Source: Actinomycetota bacterium
GTDB taxonomy: Bacteria > Actinomycetota > Actinomycetes > S36-B12
Reading direction: 5' to 3'
DNA: 64,000 nucleotides
Assembly (NCBI GenBank): GCA_030681835.1
Contig: JAUXRN010000075.1
Coordinates: 1,561 to 65,560 of the forward strand
Shown piece by piece: positions 54,470-64,000 of this stretch. Each line of letters opens with the position of its first letter. Within the stretch, counting starts at the first letter, position 1. The notes under the pieces were generated by a model, which was not told where the DNA came from, ran no database searches, and saw nothing but the letters and a program-made list of their open reading frames with translations. Both the position numbers and the translations under genes were made by a program.

Positions 54470-56144
54470 CCACCGCCTGCTGCACTACGACAGGCGCGAC
54501 CTGCGCGGTGACCTCCTCGCCGGCGTGACCGTCACGGCGTACCTCATCCCGCAGGTCATGGCCTACTCCACGCTCGCCGGCCTCGCCCCCCAGACGGGCC
54601 TGTGGATCATCGTGGTGTCGATGGTCGTCTACGCGGTCGTCGGCACGTCGCGCGTGCTGTCGGTCGGCCCGGAATCGACGACCGCACTCCTCACCGCCGC
54701 GGTGCTGGCGCCCCTTGCGGTGGGCGATGCCGCGCGATACGCGACCCTTGCCGCGATCCTCGCCCTGCTCGTCGGCGGCTACGCGCTCCTGGCGTGGGTG
54801 TTCCGCCTCGGCTTCATCGGCGACCTGCTGTCCAAGCCCGTCCTCACCGGGTACATGGCGGGCGTGGCCATCATCATGATCGCCAGCCAGCTCACGAAGG
54901 TCACGGGCGTGGAGACGGCCGGGGACAGCTTCCTCGCAATCGCGCGGTCGTTCGTCGGCAACATCGGCGGCGGCGTCTCGTGGATCACGCTGGCCATCGG
55001 GCTCGGTGTCGCGGCGCTCCTGCTGGTCTTCACCCCGCGCTTCCCGAGGGTGCCGGTCCCGCTCATCGTGATGCTGGGCGCCACGGTCGCCGTGGCGGTC
55101 TTCGGGCTGGCCGACAGGGGCGCACTCACGGTGGGCGACTTCGACGCGGGCCTGCCGACCGTGGGGTTCCCGTCGCTCACGTCCGCGGACCTGAGCCTGC
55201 TGCTCCTGCCCGCGCTCGGCATCTTCGTCGTGGGATACGCCGACAACATCCTCACCGCGCGTGTCTTCGCGGCCCGCCACGGAGACCGGGTGCACAACAA
55301 CGGTGAGTTCCTCGCCATGGGTGCCGCCAACCTCGGCTCGGCCGCCGTGTCCGGGTTCCCGGTGAGCTCGAGCGCCAGCCGGACGGTCATCGCCGACTCC
55401 ACCGGGGCGCGGACGCAGCTCTACTCGATCGTGTCCGCCGTGCTCGTCGTGGCGTCCGTGCTTGCCTTCAGCGGCCTCATCGCGATGTTCCCGCTTGCCG
55501 CCCTCGGCGGCCTCGTCGTCTATGCCGCCATCCGCCTGATCGACCTCAACGAGTTCCGCAGGCTGTGGCACTTCCGCCGTCGCGAGTTCCTGCTGGCGGT
55601 GTTTGCCCTGGTCGCCGTGCTGGCGTTCGACATCCTGTACGGCGTCATCGCGGCCGTCGCACTGTCGGTCATCGAGCTGCTCACCCGGGTGGCCCGCCCC
55701 CACGCGGCCGTCCTCGGCCAGCCCGACGGAGTGGCCGGCTGGCACGACATCGACGACTACCCGCTGGCCCGCCAGACGCCCGGGCTCGTGGTCTTCCGTT
55801 ACGACTCCCCGCTGTTCTTCGCCAACGCGGAGAACTTCATCGAGGCGGCCCGAGCGGCCGCGGACACCGCCACCACCCCGCCACGCTGGCTGCTCATCAA
55901 CATGGAGGGGGTCACCGAGGTCGACATCACCGGACTCGACGCCCTGGAGGAGGTGCGCGGCCACTGCGAACGGCACGGCATCGTGCTCGCCCTCGTACGG
56001 GTCAAGAGCGAGCTCCTCGAGGAGCTGCACCGGCACGGCGTGGCCGGCCGGATCGGGGGCGAACGCATCTACCCCACGCTCCCCACCGCGGTCGCCGCAT
56101 TCATCCAGTGGGCGCAGGCGAACCCGGCAACGCCGCCGGACTAG
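54462..56144 (+). CDS. SulP-family anion (sulfate) permease with a C-terminal STAS domain
   Basis: It has LLAGVTVTAYLIPQVMAYSTLAGL, about 11 TM helices, and a C-terminal STAS (GLVVFRYDSPLFFANAENF...). The start is approximate. Confidence 0.9.
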   Translation: MGIHRLLHYDRRDLRGDLLAGVTVTAYLIPQVMAYSTLAGLAPQTGLWIIVVSMVVYAVVGTSRVLSVGPESTTALLTAAVLAPLAVGDAARYATLAAILALLVGGYALLAWVFRLGFIGDLLSKPVLTGYMAGVAIIMIASQLTKVTGVETAGDSFLAIARSFVGNIGGGVSWITLAIGLGVAALLLVFTPRFPRVPVPLIVMLGATVAVAVFGLADRGALTVGDFDAGLPTVGFPSLTSADLSLLLLPALGIFVVGYADNILTARVFAARHGDRVHNNGEFLAMGAANLGSAAVSGFPVSSSASRTVIADSTGARTQLYSIVSAVLVVASVLAFSGLIAMFPLAALGGLVVYAAIRLIDLNEFRRLWHFRRREFLLAVFALVAVLAFDILYGVIAAVALSVIELLTRVARPHAAVLGQPDGVAGWHDIDDYPLARQTPGLVVFRYDSPLFFANAENFIEAARAAADTATTPPRWLLINMEGVTEVDITGLDALEEVRGHCERHGIVLALVRVKSELLEELHRHGVAGRIGGERIYPTLPTAVAAFIQWAQANPATPPD

Positions 56145-56923
56145 TCGGCGGGCTTGGCCTCGGGTGGCTTGCCCTCGGCCGCCCTGCGCGCGGCCTTCTC
56201 CTCGCGCACCCGCTCCTCGATCGCCAGCGCCTCCTCCAGCGTGGGCGCGCTGCCGCCGCGGCGCGCCGGGATCCACCAGGCGCCGGCCGGCTTGTCGGGG
56301 TAGCGGTCGATCGTGGCGTCAAGCAACTCCGCCATCCGCGCATGCAATTGCTCGGTGACGACGTCGGGATCCACGCCACGCGGGATCGGCATGGGCTCGC
56401 CCACGGTGATGCAGATCGGCTTGCCGCGCGAGAAGTCCTTGACCCCGTAGGACAGCAGGCGCGCACCGCCGAAGATGATCATCGGGATGAGCGGCACGTC
56501 GGCCGCCCGCGCCATGCGCACCGCGCCGTTCTTGATCTCCTTGATCTCGAACGAACGGCTCATGGTCGCCTCGGGGAACACGCCGACGAGCTCGCCCGCC
56601 TTCAATGCGGCGACGGCGTCGCGGAAGGCCGCCGACCCGGCGTCGCGATCGACCGGGATGTGCTTCATGCCGCGCATGAGCGGTCCGGCCACCGGGTGCT
56701 TGAAGATCCCGTCCTTGGCCATGAACCGGACGAGCCGGTGGTGGGAGTAGTGCGCGGAAAGGCCGCCGAGGGCGAAGTCGAGGTAGCTCGTGTGATTGAT
56801 GGCCAGGACTGCGCCGCCGCTGCGAGGGGTGTTCTCGATCCCGACCATGTCGAGCTTGAGGCCGAGCGCGGCGAAGAGGGTCCGCGCGGTGAGGATGATC
56901 GGGCGGTAGACCAGTTCAGCCAC
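56141..56923 (-). CDS. plsC: 1-acyl-sn-glycerol-3-phosphate acyltransferase (lysophospholipid acyltransferase family)
   Basis: H-x4-D motif (NHTSYLD) and the FPEATMSR motif. Confidence 0.85.
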   Translation of the reverse strand: MAELVYRPIILTARTLFAALGLKLDMVGIENTPRSGGAVLAINHTSYLDFALGGLSAHYSHHRLVRFMAKDGIFKHPVAGPLMRGMKHIPVDRDAGSAAFRDAVAALKAGELVGVFPEATMSRSFEIKEIKNGAVRMARAADVPLIPMIIFGGARLLSYGVKDFSRGKPICITVGEPMPIPRGVDPDVVTEQLHARMAELLDATIDRYPDKPAGAWWIPARRGGSAPTLEEALAIEERVREEKAARRAAEGKPPEAKPAD

Positions 56924-57149
56924 GCGGGTCTCCCGCGGGCGGCACGTCGAGGCGGCGGGCAGGCGACTGGCTCTGCAGCAGGGTATGCACCTCCGCGGCC
57001 CGGTACCGGCGGTGGCCGCCGAGGGTGCGGATGCTGGAGAGCTTGCCGGCCTTCGCCCAGCGGGTCACCGTCTTGGGGTCCACCCGGAACAGGGCGGCCA
57101 CCTCGGCGGGGGTCAGCAGGTGCTCCGGCTCGGCGCTGTTCGTGGACAT
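56916..57149 (-). CDS. bldC: BldC-like MerR/excisionase-type HTH DNA-binding protein
   Basis: LLTPAEVAALFRVDPKTVTRWAKAGKLSSIRTLGGHRRYRAAEV is nearly superimposable on Streptomyces BldC as I remember it. ATG 57149 follows AAGGAGG. Confidence 0.85.
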   Translation of the reverse strand: MSTNSAEPEHLLTPAEVAALFRVDPKTVTRWAKAGKLSSIRTLGGHRRYRAAEVHTLLQSQSPARRLDVPPAGDPRG

Positions 57150-57291
57150 GCCCGCCTCCTTCACGATGCGGTCCCGTCGGGGCCGATGAGCGTCCCATTC
57201 ATCCGATTCGTCACTCTGGCACCGGAGCCCTCCCGGAGGCAACTCGACGCGGCGATCGCCCCTAGGGTGGGCGTGCGACAGAGGAGACCCC

Positions 57292-58377
57292 ATGCCCGAG
57301 CCGGAGACCGACCCCTGGCACGACTTCGACGGTCACGAGCAGGTGATCGTGGCCCAGCACGACGGGGTCCGGATGGTCGTCGCCCTGCACTCCACTGTCC
57401 TGGGCCCAGCCCTCGGCGGCACCCGGATGGCCACGTACTCCGATTCGGCGAACCCCGCGGCCGCCGCGTACGGCGATGCGCTGCGACTGTCGCGGGCGAT
57501 GACCTACAAGAACGCCCTCGCCGGCCTGGGCCACGGCGGCGGCAAGGGGGTCATCCTCGCCGACCCGGCGGTCAAGCCGCGCGACCTGCTGCACGCGTAT
57601 GCCCGACTCGTCGAAGGCCTGGGCGGGCGATACGTCACGGCGGGCGACGTCGGGATGACGGTCGCGGACATGGACGTCATCGGCGAGCAGTGCCGCTGGA
57701 CGACCGGCCGCTCGCCCGAGCACGGCGGCGTGGGCGACTCGGGGATCCTCACCGCCTTCGGTGTCTTCGAGGGGATGCGCGCCAGCGCGGCCGCGGTGTG
57801 GGGCACGCCCGACCTCGCCGGCCGACGCGTCGGCGTCATTGGCGCGGGCAAGGTGGGTGGGCGGCTGATCGGGCACCTCGTGCAGGCCGGTGCCGTCGTG
57901 GCGGCGGTCGACCCCTCGGCTACCGCACGGGCAGCCGTGCTCGACGCGTCCCCTGAGGTCCGCTTCGTCGACGCGATCGATGACCTGCTCGCCGAGGACC
58001 TCGACATCGTCTCGCCCAACGCCCTGGGCGGCTTCCTCACCCGCGCCCGGGCGGCAGCGCTCCGTGCGGCACTCGTGTGCGGAGGCGCGAACAACCAGCT
58101 CGCCGAGCCTGCCGTGGGCGATCTGCTCGCGCAGCGCGGCGTCGTCTACGCCCCCGACTTCATGGTCAACTGCGGCGGCGTCATCCAGGTCGCCGAGGAA
58201 CTGGTCGGGTGCGACCTCGACCGGGCGCGCGCGCAGACCGCCCGGGTGTTCGAGACGACGGCCAGGGTGCTCGCCCGGGCGGCCAGCGAGGGCGTGACGC
58301 CCGTCGCCGCGGCGGAGGCCGAGGCCGAGGACCGGATTCGGACGGCTCTGGCGGCGGCCGGGCGGCCGGTGCTCTAA
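57292..58377 (+). CDS. vdh: Leu/Val/Phe dehydrogenase family (valine dehydrogenase-like)
   Basis: It has GPALGGTRM, the catalytic-Lys motif GGGKGVI, and the Rossmann motif GAGKVGG. Confidence 0.85.
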   Translation: MPEPETDPWHDFDGHEQVIVAQHDGVRMVVALHSTVLGPALGGTRMATYSDSANPAAAAYGDALRLSRAMTYKNALAGLGHGGGKGVILADPAVKPRDLLHAYARLVEGLGGRYVTAGDVGMTVADMDVIGEQCRWTTGRSPEHGGVGDSGILTAFGVFEGMRASAAAVWGTPDLAGRRVGVIGAGKVGGRLIGHLVQAGAVVAAVDPSATARAAVLDASPEVRFVDAIDDLLAEDLDIVSPNALGGFLTRARAAALRAALVCGGANNQLAEPAVGDLLAQRGVVYAPDFMVNCGGVIQVAEELVGCDLDRARAQTARVFETTARVLARAASEGVTPVAAAEAEAEDRIRTALAAAGRPVL

Positions 58378-58458
58378 AGTGGACCCGTTCGCGCCGGGAT
58401 GGCGACGAACGTTCCGTTGCGAGCCGGGGCGCTGACCTCGGATGGAGGGGGTCGAGCC

Positions 58459-58689
58459 ATGGGGCGCGGCCGTGCAAAGGCGAAGCAGACCAAGGTCGCC
58501 CGTGAATTGAAGTACGGGGGGCCGCAGACCGACTTCGATCGGCTGCAGGCCGAACTCGGATCCAACGGTGCCAGCACCCCGACGCGCCTCGACGACACCG
58601 TCGACGTCGTCGAGGACCCCTACGCCGACGACCCCTACGCGAAGTACTACGACGACGAGGATGGCGTGGACTCCCAGGGGCCTAAGTAG
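58459..58689 (+). CDS. DUF3073 family protein
   Basis: It has the MGRGRAKAKQTKVARELKY N-terminus and an acidic C-terminus, in the conserved position next to purM in actinobacteria. Confidence 0.85.
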   Translation: MGRGRAKAKQTKVARELKYGGPQTDFDRLQAELGSNGASTPTRLDDTVDVVEDPYADDPYAKYYDDEDGVDSQGPK

Positions 58690-58707
58690 TCCCCTGCCTC
58701 GACCCGC

Positions 58708-59829
58708 CTAGGCGGGGTGCTCCGCGACGAGGCTGACGGCCCCGCCGGATCCCCCCTTGGCCTCGGCGTCGCCGGCCTCCCCCTCCCGCCGCTCCCGCAC
58801 CGTGCCGCACACCCACGCCGGCACCCCGCGCGCCCCGAGCAGGGCGACCGCGGCCTCGGCGTCGGCCGCAGCAACGACGGCGACCATGCCGATCCCCATG
58901 TTGAACGTCCGCTCGAGGTCGACCCGGTCCACGCGCCCGATTCCCCCGATCAGCCCGAACACCGGCTGGGGCCGCCAGGTCGACCTGTCCACGTCGACCG
59001 CGGCGCGGGCCGGCAGCACCCGGGCGAGGTTGGCAGCGAGCCCGCCCCCGGTGACGTGGCTGATCGCGTGCACGTCGACCGCCTCGGCCAGGGCCAGGCA
59101 GTCGCGCGCGTAGATGCGGGTCGGCTCGAGCAGTTCCTCCCCGACGGTCCGGCCGAGGAGGTCGACATGGGCACCCAGCCCCGGTCCGCCCTCGCCGAGC
59201 AGGACCAGGCGGGCGAGGGAGTACCCGTTGGAATGCAGTCCGGACGAGCCCATCGCGATGACTGCGTCGCCGATGCGGACCCGGTCCGGGCCCAGCAGCC
59301 GCTCCGCATCGACCACCCCGGTGCCCGCGCCGGCGACGTCGTACTCGTCGGGCGCCATGAGCCCCGGATGCTCGGCCGTCTCCCCGCCGAGCAGCGCGCA
59401 GCCGGCCTGCTGGCAGCCGTCCGCGATGCCGCGCACGATCGCCGCGATGCGCTCGGGGACCACGGATCCGACCGCGATGTAGTCGGTCAAGAACAGCGGC
59501 TCGGCGCCGCAGACGACGAGGTCGTCGATGACCATGGCGACGAGGTCGATGCCGATGGTGTCGTGCACGTCCATGGCCCGGGCCACGGCGATCTTGGTGC
59601 CGACCCCGTCGGTCGACGTGGCCAGCAACGGGCGGCGCATGCGGGCCAGGGCCGAGACGTCGAACAGGCCGGCGAACCCGCCTAGCTCGCCCACGACCTC
59701 GGGGCGCCGCGTGGCGGCGACCGATGCCTTCATGAGGGCGACGGCTCGCTCGCCCGCCTCCACATCGACGCCGGCGGCGGCGTACGAGGCCCCGGGCTCG
59801 CGCTGTCCGGGCTCGATCGGGTCGGTCAC
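58708..59829 (-). CDS. purM: Phosphoribosylformylglycinamidine cyclo-ligase (AIR synthetase)
   Basis: It has YAAAGVDVEAGERAV and STDGVGTK. GTG 59829 overlaps the purF stop (GTGA). Confidence 0.92.
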   Translation of the reverse strand: MTDPIEPGQREPGASYAAAGVDVEAGERAVALMKASVAATRRPEVVGELGGFAGLFDVSALARMRRPLLATSTDGVGTKIAVARAMDVHDTIGIDLVAMVIDDLVVCGAEPLFLTDYIAVGSVVPERIAAIVRGIADGCQQAGCALLGGETAEHPGLMAPDEYDVAGAGTGVVDAERLLGPDRVRIGDAVIAMGSSGLHSNGYSLARLVLLGEGGPGLGAHVDLLGRTVGEELLEPTRIYARDCLALAEAVDVHAISHVTGGGLAANLARVLPARAAVDVDRSTWRPQPVFGLIGGIGRVDRVDLERTFNMGIGMVAVVAAADAEAAVALLGARGVPAWVCGTVRERREGEAGDAEAKGGSGGAVSLVAEHPA

Positions 59830-61388
59830 GGTCGGTCGAGCGCGTCCGCCGCCCCGCCGCCGCCGACCAGGGTGGGGACCCCGTCGATGTCGGCCGAGGC
59901 CCCGGCGACCGCGCGGCGCTCGATGCCCTCGAGCACGTGCTTGCCGAGGAGCTCGGGCTCTGGGAGCGCAACCGGGTAGACGCCGTCGAAGCAGGCCCGG
60001 CAGAGCTTCTCGCGGTCGACCGTCGTGGCCTCGATGAGCTGCTCGAGGTCGATGAAGCCGAGCGAATCGGCGCCGATGGAGGTGCAGACCTCCTCGACGG
60101 ACAGGCCATTCGCGATCAGCTCGGCCCGGCTGGCGAAGTCGATTCCGTAGAAGCACGGCCACTTGACCGGCGGGCTGGAGATGCGCACATGCACCTCGCG
60201 GGCACCGGCCTCCCGGAGCATGCGCACGAGCGCCCGCTGCGTATTACCGCGCACGATCGAATCGTCGACGACGACGAGCCGCTGGCCGGCGATGACGTCG
60301 CGCAGCGGATTGAGCTTGAGCCGGATGCCGAGCTGGCGGATCGTCTGCGACGGCTGGATGAACGTCCGGCCCACGTAGGCGTTCTTGACCAGCCCCTCGG
60401 CGAACGGGATGCCGGACTCCTGGGCGTAGCCGATGGCCGCGTAGCGGCCCGACTCCGGCACCGGGATGACGAGGTCGGCATCGACGGCGTGCTCGCGGGC
60501 CAGCCGGCGGCCGGTCTCGACCCGGGCGGCCTGGACGCCGCGGCCCGAGATCGAGGTGTCCGGGCGGGCGAGGTAGACGAACTCGAACAGGCACCCCTTG
60601 GGGGCCGCCTCGGCGAACCGGTGCGAGCGCAGGCCGTTCTCGTCGACGACGATCAGCTCGCCCGGCTCCACCTCGCGCACGAAGGAGGCGCCCACGATGT
60701 CGAGGGCGGCGGTCTCGCTGGCGATGACCCAGCCGCGCTCGAGCCGGCCGAGCACGAGCGGGCGGATCCCCTGCGGGTCGCGGGCGCCGTACAGGGCGTC
60801 GTCGTCCATGAAGACCAGGGAGAAGGCGCCACGCAGGACCGGCAGCTCCATCAGCGCGGCCGCCTCGACGCTCAGCTCGGGGTGGGCGGCAAGGAGGGCG
60901 GCGATGGTGTCGGTGTCGCTGGTGGCCAGCATCCGGGTGTTGAGCGGGAGCTCGCCCGAGGCCTCGGCAAGCTCGACGACGCGGCGCTTGAGCTCGTGGG
61001 TGTTGGTGAGGTTGCCGTTGTGCCCGAGGGCGAGGTGGCCGGTCGCGGTGGCCCGGAAGGTCGGCTGGGCGTTCTCCCACACGCTCGACCCGGTCGTGGA
61101 GTAGCGGGTATGGCCGATGGCGACGTGGCCATGGAGGGACTCCAACGAGGCCTCGGTGAACACCTGGGAGACCAGGCCCATGTCCTTGTAGACGACGATG
61201 TGGGAGCCGTCGCTGACCGCGATGCCGGCCGACTCCTGGCCGCGGTGCTGGAGGGCGTAGAGCCCGAAGTAGGTGAGCTTGGCGACTTCCTCGCCGGGGG
61301 CCCAGACCCCGAAGACCCCGCAGGCGTCCTGAGGACCCTTCTCACCCGGGAGGAGCTCGTGCGACAGAAGACCGTCACCGCGTGGCAC
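59826..61388 (-). CDS. purF: Amidophosphoribosyltransferase
   Basis: It has the N-terminal nucleophile context CGVFGVW and the PRPP motif VVVDDSIVRGNT. Confidence 0.93.
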   Translation of the reverse strand: MPRGDGLLSHELLPGEKGPQDACGVFGVWAPGEEVAKLTYFGLYALQHRGQESAGIAVSDGSHIVVYKDMGLVSQVFTEASLESLHGHVAIGHTRYSTTGSSVWENAQPTFRATATGHLALGHNGNLTNTHELKRRVVELAEASGELPLNTRMLATSDTDTIAALLAAHPELSVEAAALMELPVLRGAFSLVFMDDDALYGARDPQGIRPLVLGRLERGWVIASETAALDIVGASFVREVEPGELIVVDENGLRSHRFAEAAPKGCLFEFVYLARPDTSISGRGVQAARVETGRRLAREHAVDADLVIPVPESGRYAAIGYAQESGIPFAEGLVKNAYVGRTFIQPSQTIRQLGIRLKLNPLRDVIAGQRLVVVDDSIVRGNTQRALVRMLREAGAREVHVRISSPPVKWPCFYGIDFASRAELIANGLSVEEVCTSIGADSLGFIDLEQLIEATTVDREKLCRACFDGVYPVALPEPELLGKHVLEGIERRAVAGASADIDGVPTLVGGGGAADALDRP

Positions 61389-61413
61389 GGCTGGAGTCTA
61401 TCCGTCGCCCCGG

Positions 61414-62220
61414 CTAGATCAGACCGCCGCCGCGCTCGTCGGCATTCGAGAACCGCTGGGCGATGTAGATCGGCAGGATGCTGACGACCACGAGGGCCGC
61501 GGCGACCACGTTGACGATCGGCGCCTGGTTGGGGCGGAAGAGGTTCTGGTAGATCCAGATGGGAAGCGTCTCGACCCCCGGCCCGGCCGTGAAGGTCGTG
61601 ACGATGATCTCGTCGAACGAGAGCCCGAACGCCAGGATCGCCCCGGCGATCAGCGCCGATCGCATGAGCGGGAAGGTGATGTAGATGAACGTGCGCCAGC
61701 CCGTCGCGCCGAGGTCGGCCGACGCCTCCTCGACACTGCCGCCCATGCGGCGCAGCCGGGCGATCGCGTTGTTGAACACCACGACGATGCAGAAGGTCGC
61801 GTGGCCGATGATCAGCGTGTAGATGGTCAGGCCGCCGAGGAACGACGTGAAGACGTTGTTCAGGGCGATGCCCGTGACGATGCCCGGCAGCGCGATCGGC
61901 AGCACGACGAGCAGGGACACCGACTCGCGGCCGAAGAACTGGTAGCGGGACAGGGCGAACGACAGCAGAGTGCCGAGGATGAGGGCGACGACCGTCGCGG
62001 CGACGGCGACACCGACCGACGTGATGAGGGCATCGCGGACACCCTGGCTCTCGACGGCCTTGCCCCACCACTCGATGGTGAAGCCGCTCGGCGGCCAGGT
62101 CAGGCTCTTGTCGACGCTGAACGAGTTGATCAGGATCACGCCCAGGGGGACGTAGATGAAGGCGAAAGCCACCAGCGCGAACAGCGTGAGGACCACCTTG
62201 GTGCCGCGGGAGAGGGTCAT
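61414..62220 (-). CDS. ABC transporter permease (PotC/spermidine-putrescine-type)
   Basis: It has six TM helices and the EAA loop EEASADLGATGWRTFIYITFP. Confidence 0.88.
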   Translation of the reverse strand: MTLSRGTKVVLTLFALVAFAFIYVPLGVILINSFSVDKSLTWPPSGFTIEWWGKAVESQGVRDALITSVGVAVAATVVALILGTLLSFALSRYQFFGRESVSLLVVLPIALPGIVTGIALNNVFTSFLGGLTIYTLIIGHATFCIVVVFNNAIARLRRMGGSVEEASADLGATGWRTFIYITFPLMRSALIAGAILAFGLSFDEIIVTTFTAGPGVETLPIWIYQNLFRPNQAPIVNVVAAALVVVSILPIYIAQRFSNADERGGGLI

Positions 62221-62226
62221 GGCCGC

Positions 62227-63099
62227 CTACAGGTTGTCCAGCGCGCCCGAGCGACGGACGGCGAACAGGTAGAGCAGCACGATGACCACCGGGATGGTGG
62301 CCACGGCCGCGGCGAAGGGGAGGTTGGTGACATAGGTGGTCTGCACAATGTTGCCGAGCATCGTCACCTTGCCGCCGACGATCTGCGCGGTGATGTAGTC
62401 GCCCAGGCTGAGCGAGAACGTGAAGATCGAGCCCGCGACGATCGATGGGAAGACGAGCGGCATGACGACGCTGCGGAACGTCCGGCCGCCCTTGGCCCCG
62501 AGGTCCGCCGAGGCATCGAGCATGGAGTCGGGCAGCCGGGTCAGGCCGGCGTAGATCGGCAGGATCATGTACGGCAGCCACAGGTACGTCAGCGTGATGA
62601 CGATGCCGATGTACCCGTACCCCGGTGAGTTCAGCCCGAGCGGGTCCAGGAACCAGGCGAGCACGCCCGTCTCGGGCTGGAGCATCGACCGCCAGGCGTA
62701 GACCTTGACCAGGTACGACGCCCACAGCGGCGTGAGGACGAGGGCCACGAGCAGCGGCCGCCAGCGGGGGTTGGCCACCCGCGCCATGAAGAAGGACAGC
62801 GGAAGCGCCAGAACGAGGCTGATCATCGTGACCAGCAGGGCGATGCTCAGGGTGCGCAGCATCGAGCTGAGGTAGGCCGGATTGGTGAAGACCTGCTGGA
62901 AGTTCTTGAGGGTGAACTCCCGGACCAGCTGGCCGGTGAAGTCGTCGACCGTCCAGAAGGCGGTCAGGAAGAGCGCCGCGAGAGAGCCCAGGTAGACCAC
63001 GACCAGCCACGCCATCGGGGCGGTCAGCAGGCCGGCGAGCCGAAGGCTCGGATGCCGGTAGCCGAAGCCGCCCCGAGGCGGGCTGGTCGTGGTCGTCAC
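62227..63099 (-). CDS. ABC transporter permease (PotB-type)
   Basis: It has six TM helices and the EAA loop LDASADLGAKGGRTFRSVVMP. Confidence 0.88.
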   Translation of the reverse strand: MTTTTSPPRGGFGYRHPSLRLAGLLTAPMAWLVVVYLGSLAALFLTAFWTVDDFTGQLVREFTLKNFQQVFTNPAYLSSMLRTLSIALLVTMISLVLALPLSFFMARVANPRWRPLLVALVLTPLWASYLVKVYAWRSMLQPETGVLAWFLDPLGLNSPGYGYIGIVITLTYLWLPYMILPIYAGLTRLPDSMLDASADLGAKGGRTFRSVVMPLVFPSIVAGSIFTFSLSLGDYITAQIVGGKVTMLGNIVQTTYVTNLPFAAAVATIPVVIVLLYLFAVRRSGALDNL

Positions 63100-63118
63100 T
63101 GGGTCAGGTGCCTATCCG

Positions 63119-64000
63119 TCAGGAGCTGCGCAGGGCAGCCCAGGCGGTTCCCCACTCGCTGTAGGGGACGCACTCGACATCCGTGCGGCCGTCAATGCAG
63201 GCGGCCGTCGGGGTGTTCCAGTAGTACACGTCCTCCCAGTAGGCGGTGTCGCCTGCGTGGTACTTCGTGCAGTGGTCCGCGTCAGCGGTGAGGTCGCAGG
63301 ACTTCTCGTTGGACGGCGCCTCGCCGAACCACTCGGTCGCGGCCGCATTCACCTCGGGTGAGGCGATGTGGTCGAGCCAGAGGTACGCGCAGTTGATATT
63401 CGGCGTGTCCTTGGCGATCATCCACGTGTCCGACCAGCCGGTGGCGCCCTCCTTGGGCTTCACCGCCTCGACGTTGCCGCCCTCGGCCGACGCCAGGTTC
63501 GCGATGACCTGCCACGTGGTGCCGACCGCGGTGGTGCCGGACACGAAGGCCTGGAGGGCCTTGGTGTAGTCCGACCAGTACTCGCCGACGAGGGCCTTCT
63601 GCTGCTCGAGAAGCGCGATGGCCGCGTCGAACTGCGTCCGGTCCAGTGAGTACGGATCGGTGATGCCCAGCTCAGGCTGGGTGGCCATGAGGTACACGGC
63701 CGCGTCAGCGATGAAGATGGGCGAGTCGTACGCCGTGACGGCGCCCGCGTACGGGGAGTCCGCCTCGAAGGTCGCCGCCCACGAGTCCAGCGGCTCGGTC
63801 ACCTTGTCGGTGTTCCACATGAGCAGGTTGGCACCACGGCCGTGCGGCACGCCGAACGGCACCCCGCCGACGCTGTTGTGCGTCTGCAGCTTCAGGTCCT
63901 CGTAGATGTCCGCGTAGCTCGGCACCAGGTCGGGGTTGAGGGGCTGCAGGTTGTCGCCGTAGATCAGCCGCAGCGTGGCGTCGCCGGATGCCGACACGAC
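63119..64000 (-). CDS. ABC transporter substrate-binding protein (PotD/PotF-like), 5' end outside window
   Basis: The ORF runs to the window edge. It has a periplasmic-binding-protein-like sequence and lies upstream of the two permease genes. Confidence 0.8.
   Translation of the reverse strand, partial: VVSASGDATLRLIYGDNLQPLNPDLVPSYADIYEDLKLQTHNSVGGVPFGVPHGRGANLLMWNTDKVTEPLDSWAATFEADSPYAGAVTAYDSPIFIADAAVYLMATQPELGITDPYSLDRTQFDAAIALLEQQKALVGEYWSDYTKALQAFVSGTTAVGTTWQVIANLASAEGGNVEAVKPKEGATGWSDTWMIAKDTPNINCAYLWLDHIASPEVNAAATEWFGEAPSNEKSCDLTADADHCTKYHAGDTAYWEDVYYWNTPTAACIDGRTDVECVPYSEWGTAWAALRSS

Noticed and set aside
54354-56276. 640-aa minus-strand ORF
   Set aside because: It is antisense to the SulP permease, which has convincing TM and STAS features. 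The translation is Arg/Gly/Asp-rich.
58682-63010. Several long alternative-frame ORFs (58682-60109, 59937-61484, 60872-63010)
   Set aside because: They overlap purM, purF and the ABC permeases, all of which have unambiguous catalytic or EAA motifs in other frames.

Overview
This is a high-GC, gene-dense actinobacterial chromosome segment. Typical markers are a BldC-like HTH, DUF3073, purF-purM, PPK2, Val/Leu dehydrogenase and a tRNA-Glu/Asp/Phe cluster. Most of the window is ordinary core or accessory chromosome: sugar kinases, a heparinase II/III-family lyase, an HtrA-like protease, Sua5/TsaC, SDRs, a LAL-type LuxR regulator, a DUF4331-TPR-Ni/Co transporter operon, an ArsR-led operon ending in a rifampin ADP-ribosyltransferase (arr), a GGDEF protein, a large tandem Ig-like-repeat surface protein, CopC, SulP, PlsC and polyamine-type ABC transporter genes.

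The stand-out is a ~10 kb region of visibly lower GC (about 16.7-26.8 kb) inserted at the 3' end of tRNA-Phe. Its far end carries a decayed copy of the tRNA-Phe 3' half. It has no recognisable integrase and is filled with defence genes:
- A C-protein-controlled type II R-M system with a methyltransferase-specificity fusion.
- A translationally coupled MutT-like Nudix plus PLD-nuclease/SF2-helicase giant protein.
- A McrA-like HNH type IV enzyme with a PUA/EVE-like reader domain.
- Wedged between these, an unrecognisable two-gene module: a 410-aa protein with repeated W-x-x-A-G-F motifs and a 103-aa acidic protein. This is my best candidate for an undescribed system.

Other points of note are an HTH-fused MntA/short HepT toxin-antitoxin pair with an AT-rich palindromic operator, and a diverged direct duplication of a GNAT gene bracketing the DUF4331 operon. 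All functional calls come from motif recognition by eye. No database search was possible.
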